Source of the DNA: a virus
DNA: 64,000 nucleotides
IMG/VR virus record: IMGVR_UViG_3300040856_003829
Coordinates: 1 to 64,000 of that record
Strand: one strand, 5' to 3'
Positions 27,690 through 37,863 of the stretch are shown here, piece after piece. Position numbers and translations under genes: made by a program. The notes below the pieces were generated by a model that searched no databases, had not been told where the DNA came from, and saw only the letters and a list, made by a program, of their open reading frames with translations. How positions within the stretch are numbered: the stretch's first letter is position 1; the number at the start of each line of letters is the position of its first letter.

Positions 27690-29707
27690 GAATTTATATA
27701 TATTTTTTTTGTTATAACAGTACCATCCGACCATTTCTCAGTCACTAGATATACACCAGGACTTAAATCAGCAGGAGATAATACAATTACTTGTTTTCCT
27801 GACATATCATAATAAGAAGGATCACCAACAACATAATGATCACTTAATGAAATATATTTTTTATTTTCTATTACACCTTCAGCACATAACATACCGTAGT
27901 TATCGACCAATAAATTAATATCGTCTTGATTTATAAAACCATCGAAATTAAAATCCCCAGGAGTACAATAACCAACTTCAGTATCCATATTAGTTAGTAA
28001 TACAAGTAAATCTTTGTTATTTACTACATTATCGTCATTTAAATCCCAAGGACAGATATCTGTTTCTAATTCACATGTATAGTCAACACAGAAATTTTCA
28101 CTATATTCTGACCAACTACCACTACTAGTATATGAGGAAATTTCCTCACCATTTATTGTTATAGTATATTCACCACCATATTGCCACCCATTACCATCAC
28201 TATCATATAATGTAAGGGTGTAACAACCGTCTGGTAAGCATAACTCATATACACGAGTTGTAATACCAGCACCAAATCCTCCCTCATCTAACAGCACATT
28301 ACCAACTTCGTCAGTTAATGTGTAAGTATTTTGATTTGCAAAAAATTCAGTTGTAACTGCAAGTTCAAGTAGACTTTCGTTTTCAACTATTACACTTTCG
28401 AAAGCTGTGTTGTTAGAAGGGTATTCATCACCATCTAAAATAACCTCAAAATTAAATTGACCATTACCTAAAGTATAATCTACAAATTCCATAACCGTAA
28501 AATCACCACTAGGGATGGTTGGTAGATCATATAGTGTGCCATTTATTGAAAGTACTCCATCAACAGCATCATCACCACCTAAATTATTAACTTTAACATT
28601 AAAACTTATAAGACTTTGACACCAACTTTCAGGTAAACCATAAACACCTGTTATTGCCAGATCTTTAGAACTTAATGACTGACAATTATAGTTGTTATTT
28701 ATTACTCCATTCATATCAGACCATAACACATTCCTCATCTCTTCTATCTGGTTTTGAGTAAACATAATCCTACAAGATTGACTTGTATAATCCATATAAT
28801 TTTCAGTTATTGCATCTTCACAATCTGGAAAACTACAACTGATATTTGAACTTGTTACTGGGGTATCTGGTATGTAATCACCATTAGTACATGTAGATTC
28901 GCCAGTACAATTCGTTGTGTTCCAAAATGTATGATATAAACCTAGTGAATGACCTACCTCATGTGCAGTAGTTGAATTTAAATTACCTAATTTTATGTTA
29001 CCTACAGTACCTGCCACATTATAAAGTAATACTGGACCTGAATTACAACTCGTACCGTAGTAACCAATATATGAGTATCCTTGTATACCTCCTCCTCCGT
29101 TATTACCACCTATTTCAGTTACTATCCATATATTATAGTATTTTTCAGTATCCCAACAACCTAGTGTTGATTTCATCCAGGAATCACTAATACCTGAAGA
29201 TTGACTGTCTATTGCAACACCATCTTCAGCATAAGATTCACCATTATATACTAAATTGGACCCATCATGTCGGACAATACCATCTGTTGGTTGATTATCA
29301 GGATCCCTTTGAGCCATACAGAATTCAATTTTACTATCTATTGCCAATGATAATTGATATTCATCATATGATTGAGTACCTGAACTTGATACTAATTGTG
29401 ATAAAGCATCTGTATCGGCCCTAAATCTATGATTTAAATTTTCAACCATACTTAAGACCTGTTCATCTGAAATATTTGTCTGCTCCCCAACTGGTTCACC
29501 TAAATGTACAATGTGAACAACTACAGGGATAGTAAGAACTTGTGCCGTGTCTAGATTAACTTCTGGTGCACATGCAACTCGCTCCTCATACACTTGTTGT
29601 AAAAACGGATTTCGATTTATTATCTCATCGGTACCGCATTCTTCTTGTGAAAACACAGAAAAAATCGAAATAATGTAAAAAACCGACAAGAATAATAGAT
29701 TTTTCAT
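27683..29707 (-). CDS. Second exported M43 zinc metalloprotease, tandem paralogue
   Basis: Signal peptide VFS|Q; HEVGHSLGLYHTF; NYMDYT; DLNDDNVVNNKDLL; YDMSGKQ..PGVYLV; start moved to MKNLL (29707). Confidence 0.88.
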   Translation of the reverse strand: MKNLLFLSVFYIISIFSVFSQEECGTDEIINRNPFLQQVYEERVACAPEVNLDTAQVLTIPVVVHIVHLGEPVGEQTNISDEQVLSMVENLNHRFRADTDALSQLVSSSGTQSYDEYQLSLAIDSKIEFCMAQRDPDNQPTDGIVRHDGSNLVYNGESYAEDGVAIDSQSSGISDSWMKSTLGCWDTEKYYNIWIVTEIGGNNGGGGIQGYSYIGYYGTSCNSGPVLLYNVAGTVGNIKLGNLNSTTAHEVGHSLGLYHTFWNTTNCTGESTCTNGDYIPDTPVTSSNISCSFPDCEDAITENYMDYTSQSCRIMFTQNQIEEMRNVLWSDMNGVINNNYNCQSLSSKDLAITGVYGLPESWCQSLISFNVKVNNLGGDDAVDGVLSINGTLYDLPTIPSGDFTVMEFVDYTLGNGQFNFEVILDGDEYPSNNTAFESVIVENESLLELAVTTEFFANQNTYTLTDEVGNVLLDEGGFGAGITTRVYELCLPDGCYTLTLYDSDGNGWQYGGEYTITINGEEISSYTSSGSWSEYSENFCVDYTCELETDICPWDLNDDNVVNNKDLLVLLTNMDTEVGYCTPGDFNFDGFINQDDINLLVDNYGMLCAEGVIENKKYISLSDHYVVGDPSYYDMSGKQVIVLSPADLSPGVYLVTEKWSDGTVITKKIYINSW

Positions 29708-29769
29708 AAAAAATTTATTAGATTTTAAAAAAATTATACTCGAGTCGTTGTCCATAAATAGTACATTTA

Positions 29770-30225
29770 ATGAGAAACATTTTACTTTTCATATTAATTT
29801 ATGCTTCAACACATTTTAGTATTTATGGTCAATCATCAGGAGTAGGTTTCTTATTTGATGAAACGTCTTTTTATTTCAGTACTGATAATCTTAATTTTAC
29901 AACTGATGTATCACCTTGGGGTTTTTATACCACATATAGGATGATTTTGATACCTGGTGACCCCCTTATCGTAAACAATGCATATCTCAACAGACTAGGT
30001 TTAACTTACATGAGTAAATCGGAGGTTATTAGTCTAGGTTGTGGGGTAAAAATGACTTATGATAGTGAACCACAATTTCATCCAGATTTTATGTTTAAAT
30101 TTCACCCATCTCGAATTTTTACAGAGAAGACCCGGAATGTTGACGTTGGTTTACTTTTTAATGTATCAAATACATTGGATTTTGGGGTTTGTTTATCACT
30201 TCCTTTTGTATTAAACAGGTATTAA
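29770..30225 (+). CDS. Exported beta-rich hypothetical protein
   Basis: Signal peptide IYG|Q. Confidence 0.6.
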   Translation: MRNILLFILIYASTHFSIYGQSSGVGFLFDETSFYFSTDNLNFTTDVSPWGFYTTYRMILIPGDPLIVNNAYLNRLGLTYMSKSEVISLGCGVKMTYDSEPQFHPDFMFKFHPSRIFTEKTRNVDVGLLFNVSNTLDFGVCLSLPFVLNRY

Positions 30226-30265
30226 AACATATTTATTTGATATAAATCAAGTAAATTTATAAAAA

Positions 30266-30874
30266 ATGGGTTGTTATACTAGAGAACAAATTGAAAAAAC
30301 AATCAAATCGAAAGATTACAAATGGTTTGAAAATGGTGATTACAATTTAAATATTGTAGGTGTTAGGAATTCTGACACTAACCAAGAAGTGACTAATAAA
30401 TTTGATGATTGCATCACTTTATCTTATAAATCCAACGGTGACTGGAAATTCCATTGTTTCAAAGCGACAACAGATCCTGGAAAACACTGGGTCGAAAATA
30501 TACTGAACGAATCCGGTGTTGCAGTTTTGAAACCTAATCAGTATCGAGGGTCACACAAAATCGGATTACACCAAGGAAAGTACGAGGCACTCAGGCAACA
30601 GAAACCTGTTCAAGTTTACAGAGATGATAATCTTGATGTTTGTTATGATCTTTTAGAAGAAAATGTTCAAGAAGGAATATATGGTATTAACATCCATAGA
30701 GCAACAGGAATCAAAGGAGGCGAATCTAAACAAATAGATAAATGGAGTGCGGGTTGTCAAGTAATTGCAGCATATGATGACTTCGAATTATTCATGGAAA
30801 TTTGTAATAAAGCCAAAGATAATTGGGGTAATTCATTCACATATACACTTATAGAATCAGATGACATTGTGTAA
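30266..30874 (+). CDS. Putative peptidoglycan-active enzyme (YkuD/L,D-transpeptidase-like, candidate endolysin)
   Basis: GINIHRA-x14-WSAGCQV His/Cys pattern; TTDPG motif; late-type motif at 30229-30236. Confidence 0.55.
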   Translation: MGCYTREQIEKTIKSKDYKWFENGDYNLNIVGVRNSDTNQEVTNKFDDCITLSYKSNGDWKFHCFKATTDPGKHWVENILNESGVAVLKPNQYRGSHKIGLHQGKYEALRQQKPVQVYRDDNLDVCYDLLEENVQEGIYGINIHRATGIKGGESKQIDKWSAGCQVIAAYDDFELFMEICNKAKDNWGNSFTYTLIESDDIV

Positions 30875-31332
30875 TGGAAGAATATAATCCAAATTACTGG
30901 GAAGATGAACAGAATAGAATTAAACAAGAAATTGATTCTGAAATAGATAATGTCCGAAAGGCTAATCAATATCTTAATCGATACAGACAATTCAACATCG
31001 AATTGGAGAATATAAAATCGAAAAGTTTAGACAAAATTTCAGGTGAGTATAAAATGGATATTAAATCTATCGGTACAAAAAGAAGAGGTCTATCGATCGA
31101 GAAGTTTTTAAAAATTATTTTGTATTTGAAAGATTTGAAAATCGACAGTGATCTTGCACCGACAACAGTACACATCGATGATAGACTTTCAGATGATTTA
31201 AAAAATAGTGTTTTAAGAATGTATGTTCATGGATATAAGACAATAGGTTTTGAGTTATATTATAATCTTCAAAATTTACTGGGACTTAATGATTATTTAA
31301 TTGAATTTGAAACTGTAATTTATGATGAGTGA
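30874..31332 (+). CDS. Hypothetical protein
   Basis: TAATG-coupled ORF. Confidence 0.6.
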   Translation: MEEYNPNYWEDEQNRIKQEIDSEIDNVRKANQYLNRYRQFNIELENIKSKSLDKISGEYKMDIKSIGTKRRGLSIEKFLKIILYLKDLKIDSDLAPTTVHIDDRLSDDLKNSVLRMYVHGYKTIGFELYYNLQNLLGLNDYLIEFETVIYDE

Positions 31333-33232
31333 AGAGTTTAAAGATTATTATAATGAAATACTAGACTCGGTAAAATTAATTACTGGGGATGGAGTATATG
31401 CAAAATCAATTGTGGAAGATAACTTTTTTAGAATAAAGACAGGATTCTATGAGGATGAAAACCCGACCAATATTATTAATTCAATTGTTTTCAAAATAAA
31501 TGAAAATAAAAAAAAGGATCGAAGACTATTAGTCGAAGGTTTTTTTGATACTATTACTAACTTTTTCAAAGGTTTAAATCAGAAAGAAGATTCAGCCGAT
31601 GAAATAAACAGGTATCTACAACAAATACAAGATATTTTAGATGAGAATCAAATTTTTGATGAAGAGATTACTAAATTGTTAGGTGAGTTAAGAGATTCTG
31701 ACTATATAAATTTAATTGATTTCTCCACTACAATAAGAGGATTGAAAAATAAATTTTTAAAACCTGGTAATAAGGAGGACTCGATCAGAGAATTCTTACA
31801 GAAGTTATTAATTTCATTACCTAAAAGAGCGGAGTATGAAGAAAAAATAAATCAACAATCATTAGATAATGTACCAGATGGATCCGAAGAGGAAGAAGAA
31901 TCTAAAATACCTAGAAAAAAATACATCAAAGAAAAAGAATTATTACAAATCGAATTATTGAAACTTCAAGAGTGGGTTAAAGAAAACAACGTACCAGTTG
32001 CGGTTGTTTTTGAAGGTAGAGATAGTGCAGGTAAAGGATCAACTATTAAAAAGTTTACTGAGTATTTGGATCCTAAATACTACCAGATAGTTGCATTAGG
32101 TATACCGACTGAAGAAGAAAAAAAGAATTGGTTCGAAAGGTATGAAAAGTATATAAAACCAGGTGTGATTACGTTCTTTGATAGGAGTTGGTACAATAGA
32201 GGTATTGTTGAACCAGTCATGGGATATTCTTCAGAGGAAGAATACGAAAAATTTATGAATGAAGTTGTACCATTCGAAAAAGATTTAATTTCAAAGGGTG
32301 TAATATTATTAAAATTCTGGTTATCGATAACTCAAGATAGACAGGAAAAAAGGTTTACCCTTAGACAACAGTCACCTTTGAAATATTGGAAATATTCTCC
32401 TAATGACGAAGCATCCAAAGATAAGTGGGATGAATATACAAAGTATAAAGAAAGAGTATTCAAAGACACATCTCATGATGAATCACCATGGATTGTGTTG
32501 GACTCAAATGATAAAAGAGTTTCAGGTCTAAATGCGATGAGAAAGTTATTACAAAAAATAAGTTACGATGATAAAAATAATGAAATCGTTGATCTGAATT
32601 ATCCTGAAGTTGTAAGTACAATAAAAGAATCGTTGATTATTGAGAGAAGTTTTACAGATCAATACGTTAGAGATATTGTAAAGTCATTGACTGAAATTGT
32701 GAAAACTAGAATTGAAAAAACATATTACTTACCAGAAGACATAACTAATGGTGAAAAGTTCGAATATGAAATCGATGGTATACCTCCATTTAGTATAGAA
32801 TTCGTGTATAATTTAGATGAATATTTAGATGGTGAATATCGTCTTGATGGTGATTATGATAAAGATGATGATGTTATCGAAATAAGATTAACTGCTAATC
32901 CTAATTTTCTTCCTAAACTACTTTATGATTTAATCGGTGACTTGAATGATATTGTTAGGCATGAAATGGAGCATTTATTTCAAAATGAAAGAGGGGAATT
33001 AGATGATGACGGTGATGTACCAAAAGATAAAAGTTATTACTTACAACCTAAAGAATTACCCGCACAGATACAAGGATTAAGAAGAATTGCAAGACTAAGA
33101 AAACAACCTATAGACTTCGTAATTAGATCATGGTTTCAAAGAAATAAACCGATCCATGGATTAAATGATGAAGATATCGAAGAATTAACCTTGTATTTAT
33201 CATCGTTATATGATGATAAATTTAAACAATAA
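31322..33232 (+). CDS. ppk2: Polyphosphate kinase 2 domain fused to phage N- and C-terminal domains
   Basis: FEGRDSAGKG Walker A, FDRSWYNR and P.KYWK.SP.D motifs; extra C-terminal domain with HEMEH. Confidence 0.9.
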   Translation: MMSEEFKDYYNEILDSVKLITGDGVYAKSIVEDNFFRIKTGFYEDENPTNIINSIVFKINENKKKDRRLLVEGFFDTITNFFKGLNQKEDSADEINRYLQQIQDILDENQIFDEEITKLLGELRDSDYINLIDFSTTIRGLKNKFLKPGNKEDSIREFLQKLLISLPKRAEYEEKINQQSLDNVPDGSEEEEESKIPRKKYIKEKELLQIELLKLQEWVKENNVPVAVVFEGRDSAGKGSTIKKFTEYLDPKYYQIVALGIPTEEEKKNWFERYEKYIKPGVITFFDRSWYNRGIVEPVMGYSSEEEYEKFMNEVVPFEKDLISKGVILLKFWLSITQDRQEKRFTLRQQSPLKYWKYSPNDEASKDKWDEYTKYKERVFKDTSHDESPWIVLDSNDKRVSGLNAMRKLLQKISYDDKNNEIVDLNYPEVVSTIKESLIIERSFTDQYVRDIVKSLTEIVKTRIEKTYYLPEDITNGEKFEYEIDGIPPFSIEFVYNLDEYLDGEYRLDGDYDKDDDVIEIRLTANPNFLPKLLYDLIGDLNDIVRHEMEHLFQNERGELDDDGDVPKDKSYYLQPKELPAQIQGLRRIARLRKQPIDFVIRSWFQRNKPIHGLNDEDIEELTLYLSSLYDDKFKQ

Positions 33233-33247
33233 TATATATTTATTATT

Positions 33248-34390
33248 ATGGAGAAGAAATTATTGAATGAGATAAGTCGTTATAGAGAGATTCTAGGTCT
33301 AGACTCTATTTTAGAACAAGAAAATAAAAGAGCTGAATTCAGATTCAAGCTCGGTGGAGATCTGATTTTTAAAATTTCAGATAATGGTAATGGTAATTCT
33401 CTAGAAGTTGCAAATGATACTTCAGGACCTAAGAAGTATACTGATATTGGAAATGCTAGAAGTGTAGTTTATGATATCACCACTGGAACTGCCGTTGGAG
33501 AAGGGACACCAGGTTTCAAAAATTATCAGATTGCGAATGAAATTCAATTTGATAGAGATAAATATCCAGATCAGAAACCTTGTAAAAGAGGTAGTCAAGG
33601 ACAGTCAGCATTGGCCGGTGGAGTATCACTTTATACAGGAAAAAGTTTTTATGTTTTAGATATACCAAGAAATGTAAAAAATCCAAATATCAAATATCCT
33701 ACAATAAGATTACTTTGTGTCAAAAAATCTTCAACAGAGATGGGTACTGGATTACCAAAAAACAGACGTGTAGATTCTCCTCAAATTAGATTTGGTCAAT
33801 ATTGGTGTGAAAAAGGAAAACCTGGAAAAGGAAAAGGTTGTTACTTTTTAGAACCAAATGGTATGGGTCCGAGAGCGGAGGAGTTTGGACCCGCAGAAAA
33901 ACAAGTAAGAAGACCAATTGAAATACAATTTAGAATCGGAAACCCATTCGTGTTCAACTCAGTTGATTTCTTACCTCAAGGTCAATCAGAATTTGATAAG
34001 AAAATTCAAGAACTAAATGCAATATTCGAGGAACAACCAGATTACAAGGAGTTTTTGAAACAAAATCCAATAAATATACTTGGTTTCTCATCCCGTGATG
34101 ATGATCCAGAAGGTCCTAGACCAAGTCAGGGTTGGCCATTTAGTCCTTGTTCTAATAGATCAAAAAGAAAAGACTACAACCTTTGTTTATCACAAAAAAG
34201 AGCTGAAAGAGTTGCTGAGTTGTTGAGTGCAAAATATCCAGATCTAAAATTCAATCCAAAAGGTATGGGTGAGAATTGTGATAGTGGAAATTGTTGGAAA
34301 CCCGGTAAGAAGAATCATGACTCGAAGCAAACTGCAATGGACAGACGATTTGAAGTGAAACTTCCCAAGTACACTAGTCAAATTAATTAA
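33248..34390 (+). CDS. OmpA-like peptidoglycan-binding domain protein without signal peptide
   Basis: C-terminal F.FNS, I.GFSS, YNLCLSQKRAERV, GMGE and DRRFEV motifs; N-terminal LLNEISRYREILGL leader. Confidence 0.75.
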   Translation: MEKKLLNEISRYREILGLDSILEQENKRAEFRFKLGGDLIFKISDNGNGNSLEVANDTSGPKKYTDIGNARSVVYDITTGTAVGEGTPGFKNYQIANEIQFDRDKYPDQKPCKRGSQGQSALAGGVSLYTGKSFYVLDIPRNVKNPNIKYPTIRLLCVKKSSTEMGTGLPKNRRVDSPQIRFGQYWCEKGKPGKGKGCYFLEPNGMGPRAEEFGPAEKQVRRPIEIQFRIGNPFVFNSVDFLPQGQSEFDKKIQELNAIFEEQPDYKEFLKQNPINILGFSSRDDDPEGPRPSQGWPFSPCSNRSKRKDYNLCLSQKRAERVAELLSAKYPDLKFNPKGMGENCDSGNCWKPGKKNHDSKQTAMDRRFEVKLPKYTSQIN

Positions 34391-34769
34391 AGATATAGAT
34401 GGTCGTTCTATTTCGACCATACTTTTCATCTGTATATTCTCTAGTCTCGATAAAAACATACTTAGAATCCATCTTGTATTCTGGTGTACCGTATTCTTCT
34501 TTGACAAATGATGTTACATTGTCATTACCATATTTAAAACAGTGGTAACCTGTACAAAAATAATCACCATGTGTCAACTCTTTGTAAAGTGAATCTTCAT
34601 CATGAATAAACATCATATCAGAAATGTTAAGATCATAATGTTGAGTAAGACTATCAATATAAACATCTTCCAGATCATTAATTGATACCCAACATGAAAT
34701 AACAAAGTCATTCTGAGCAATTGACTGTAGAGAAATAAAAGAGAGTAAGAGGACTAATACGTTTTTCAT
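34383..34769 (-). CDS. Exported hypothetical protein
   Basis: Signal peptide SIA|Q; start moved to MKNVL. Confidence 0.65.
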   Translation of the reverse strand: MKNVLVLLLSFISLQSIAQNDFVISCWVSINDLEDVYIDSLTQHYDLNISDMMFIHDEDSLYKELTHGDYFCTGYHCFKYGNDNVTSFVKEEYGTPEYKMDSKYVFIETREYTDEKYGRNRTTIYIFN

Positions 34770-34805
34770 ATTACTAATATACAAAAAACTGTTCAGAAAA
34801 AAAAA

Positions 34806-35423
34806 TTATTGTAACTTATTTACAAGTCTATCAATAAATTCTTTGATTGCGGCACCACTCAATGTAATTAGTCCAGAAGAGACTAATGGTTCTATAATAT
34901 CATTTAAAGTATCACTGTTTACATTTTGGTCTGTTATTAAATTCAACAAAACTGAAAATATTGGTAAGAGAAATGTGTAAGATAATATATCCATACTTCT
35001 ATAAATCGAGGACCCAGTAATTTTAAGAATATTACTCACTTTAGCTTTCATTCTTTCTAGATATTCAATTGCGGTTTCTAATTCATCCCCCAAAGTTCTT
35101 GTTTCAAACCATTCTTTATTAACCTTTAGATTCTGTTTTTCAAAAAATACTATAGAAACTGCCATGATAAATAAAGATGCTATTTGTTCTCTATTTAAAG
35201 TAGGAAATTCACCTTGTAAATATTGCGTTACAGGACCTACTAATGCACCAATACCTGCTCCGTAAGTTATTAGGAATCTAAACGAATCTTTCAATTGTTC
35301 TTGTGCTGTCTTTAGTATAGATAAAAAAGACTGAAAGTTTTCTTGAGTTGTTGATATAATCTTTTCTTTTGATGATTCAACAATTAAAGTTCTGTACTGA
35401 GTTTCTGATATTAATATTTTCAT
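34806..35423 (-). CDS. Membrane-type protein with putative head-targeting leader
   Basis: MKILISETQY..LIVE leader; hydrophobic helices. Confidence 0.65.
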   Translation of the reverse strand: MKILISETQYRTLIVESSKEKIISTTQENFQSFLSILKTAQEQLKDSFRFLITYGAGIGALVGPVTQYLQGEFPTLNREQIASLFIMAVSIVFFEKQNLKVNKEWFETRTLGDELETAIEYLERMKAKVSNILKITGSSIYRSMDILSYTFLLPIFSVLLNLITDQNVNSDTLNDIIEPLVSSGLITLSGAAIKEFIDRLVNKLQ

Positions 35424-35433
35424 GATCTATTAA

Positions 35434-35453
35434 TATAAATATACATATTTATA
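35434..35453. promoter_or_regulatory. Back-to-back putative late promoter motifs (ATATTTAT on both strands)
   Basis: TATAAATAT-AC-ATATTTATA inverted repeat between divergent starts at 35423 and 35459. Confidence 0.7.
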
Positions 35454-35458
35454 AACAT

Positions 35459-36106
35459 ATGAAGCAAGAGTCAAAATTAAATCCAGAATTAAAAGTAGGT
35501 GACACTATAAGATTGATCCATATGGACGATCCATTCTCACCTATCACTGTTGGTACGACTGGAAAAGTAACGAGAAAAAACAAAGATCCATTTTCTAAAG
35601 AAGGAGAATTTATGTATGGGGTTGATTGGGAAAATGGTAGAAGTCTGAATCTTATGCCAGAGGATAGTTGGATGATTGTTGACCAATTATTGGAACAAGT
35701 CGGAGGAAATCCTGACAGATATAAAGATATTGTAAATCTCCTAAAGAAATTAAGTGGATCAGACTTAAGAAAATTAAATCAATTTTTATTAGATCTTAGA
35801 GACAGCGGAATAACTAACATGTGGGGTGCAGCTCCTTTTATTTATTCTGGAAGAGATTGGATAGAAAACTGGGTCAAAGCTGAAAACTTCAAGAACACAA
35901 ATCGACTAGAATTACCTGAAGATAATGAAAATTTAGACGAAGTTTTAGATAAGGCCGATGAAATGAGAAACATTATGGCAAGAGGTGCAATGAACGCAGT
36001 AAGAAACAGTGAAGATGATTTGAACTTGAATCAGATAAATGACGAACTATTTAAACTAGCCAAAGAAGTTCATACATTCTATATGGAATTTGGAACTTTA
36101 TTATAA
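35459..36106 (+). CDS. DUF4314-like N-terminal domain protein
   Basis: GD.IRLIHMDDP...GT.G.V...V.WENGRSL.L.P.D; second domain LRDSGITNMWGAAP. Confidence 0.7.
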   Translation: MKQESKLNPELKVGDTIRLIHMDDPFSPITVGTTGKVTRKNKDPFSKEGEFMYGVDWENGRSLNLMPEDSWMIVDQLLEQVGGNPDRYKDIVNLLKKLSGSDLRKLNQFLLDLRDSGITNMWGAAPFIYSGRDWIENWVKAENFKNTNRLELPEDNENLDEVLDKADEMRNIMARGAMNAVRNSEDDLNLNQINDELFKLAKEVHTFYMEFGTLL

Positions 36107-36125
36107 AAAATAAAAAATTATTACA

Positions 36126-36476
36126 ATGATTAGAATAACTGAAGAAGAAAGAAAAATTATTTTGGAAAGTCACAGAGTTGCTTTCGAAAAACAAGTAATG
36201 TTACAAAAAACTGATAACTTGACTCCTTTAGAAGAAGAAGATTTAGCCACAGACAAAAAAGGAATTACTGTCGATGGTAAAGGTGATGTAAAGGAGTACA
36301 CCAATATTGTTAATGAACAAGACGGTAAAGGTTGTGCTGACACCGAAGCTGGATGTATCAGAAAGAAAGATGGTGGTTGGGTTGTAATGAATAATAAGAA
36401 AGGAGGTGTTTGGAGAAAATGTGATTCTAAGAAACACTGTGAAGAAATTCTCGACGCTTATCATTCGAATCAATAA
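36126..36476 (+). CDS. Hypothetical protein with putative head-targeting leader
   Basis: ITEEERKIILESH leader; VNEQ. Confidence 0.65.
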   Translation: MIRITEEERKIILESHRVAFEKQVMLQKTDNLTPLEEEDLATDKKGITVDGKGDVKEYTNIVNEQDGKGCADTEAGCIRKKDGGWVVMNNKKGGVWRKCDSKKHCEEILDAYHSNQ

Positions 36477-36536
36477 TTTTTTAAGAAAACTTGATTTTTG
36501 AAACTTTTATAGATATTTGTATAAAAAATAAATGTT

Positions 36537-36815
36537 ATGAAAGTTCTCGAAGTAATATATCAGAATTTCGATTCATTTGAAAATTCTATCGAAGTTGAAT
36601 TTTTGGATGAGGATGAAAATGTATTTTCAGACAAAATCGAATATAATCATTTGATTGATTTTGGTTATGTCGAAGAAGAATTAGAGGTTTTTGATTTCAA
36701 TGATGATACCGATTGGGAAGAATTCATTGATCAAAACGAAATTGATGTTGAAAATCTCGTTTCATTTTTAAATGAGTATTATACAACTTTTCCCGATAGA
36801 ATTCCTATCGATTAA
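36537..36815 (+). CDS. Acidic hypothetical protein
   Basis: Very Asp/Glu-rich 92-aa ORF. Confidence 0.65.
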   Translation: MKVLEVIYQNFDSFENSIEVEFLDEDENVFSDKIEYNHLIDFGYVEEELEVFDFNDDTDWEEFIDQNEIDVENLVSFLNEYYTTFPDRIPID

Positions 36816-36826
36816 AAATAAAAAAT

Positions 36827-37303
36827 ATGAGTGGAGTAATAAACATACCAGATAGTAATCAAAAGAGGATCTCAGATATAAAGGGGATGGTGTACTCTCT
36901 GCTCGGAAAAGTGTATTTAACAAAACCTACTTTTTTTGGTTTAGATAGTAAGCAAATAATAATTATCGTGAGTCCTACACTCAAAGTCTTACATGTCGGT
37001 GCAACTCAAAACAAACTATTGAGTAATTTTCCTCAAAAAGTAGACACTAAATTGGATGCTGAACCAATTATGGATTGGGCTAATGATAATGATTTTGTAA
37101 TCACATTTGAGGCACCGACTCCAAAACTTAATAGGATATTATATTATAAATTTTCTAGGGTCCTTAACGATTCTTTGAATGAAAAGACTTTTGATGATTA
37201 TATTGTAGAGTCGAGATTACCTGATAACATAAAAAACAAAGCCTTAGATAATCAGGAATGGTTCAAAACTAATATTATTGAAATATTTAAAAAAATAAAA
37301 TGA
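36827..37303 (+). CDS. Hypothetical protein
   Basis: ORF in the same operon. Confidence 0.6.
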   Translation: MSGVINIPDSNQKRISDIKGMVYSLLGKVYLTKPTFFGLDSKQIIIIVSPTLKVLHVGATQNKLLSNFPQKVDTKLDAEPIMDWANDNDFVITFEAPTPKLNRILYYKFSRVLNDSLNEKTFDDYIVESRLPDNIKNKALDNQEWFKTNIIEIFKKIK

Positions 37304-37322
37304 GGGGAAGTCCCCTCATTTT
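37297..37322. terminator. Bidirectional terminator
   Basis: AAAATGAGGGG-AAGT-CCCCTCATTTT between convergent genes. Confidence 0.75.
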
Positions 37323-37323
37323 A

Positions 37324-37848
37324 TTATGCACCTACTCTAATAAATTCTAGTTGATAATTACACTTAAAACCAGTGATGGGATCTTCATATTCAGTTGGAC
37401 CCTCCAGCATCAAATATTCCATACCATCTTCAATGATCATATAACGACGGAGACTGTTAAGAATAGGTGTTACGTATTCGACATTGATTGCAACCCAACG
37501 ATTAGTGATAAAATCTTGTTGAAGAGTGAAATCATAATCATAGTGCCAATGATCACCTCCATTCTGAAGATAATAACCTGTGTACAATTTATTCCCACTA
37601 AAGTGAATACGTGTTTTACCTACTTTCATTGAATCTAGTGGACCTGCTGGGTTGAGATATGAGAAGTCACCGTGGTAGATTGTCGTATCACCAATCTCAC
37701 TAGTATATACGTTACTACGATTGATGGTGACAGACCGAAGAATATACGTACCATCCAAGGTAGGAAAGGTAGGTTCTGAATATTGGTAACAACCAGTACA
37801 AATTGTTGCGACAATGAAAAAAAGAGGTACAATTACTTTGTTAAACAT
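37324..37848 (-). CDS. Putative lipoprotein (lipocalin-like fold)
   Basis: Lipobox CTG-C; LDGTY motif. Confidence 0.65.
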   Translation of the reverse strand: MFNKVIVPLFFIVATICTGCYQYSEPTFPTLDGTYILRSVTINRSNVYTSEIGDTTIYHGDFSYLNPAGPLDSMKVGKTRIHFSGNKLYTGYYLQNGGDHWHYDYDFTLQQDFITNRWVAINVEYVTPILNSLRRYMIIEDGMEYLMLEGPTEYEDPITGFKCNYQLEFIRVGA

Positions 37849-37863
37849 GATATATTTATAGAT

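Noticed and set aside
6481-30225. Left half as host chromosome or a prophage boundary
   Set aside because: The same ATATTTAT motif, terminator style, AT content and phage-type small genes run throughout; no integrase, att site or housekeeping operon is visible.
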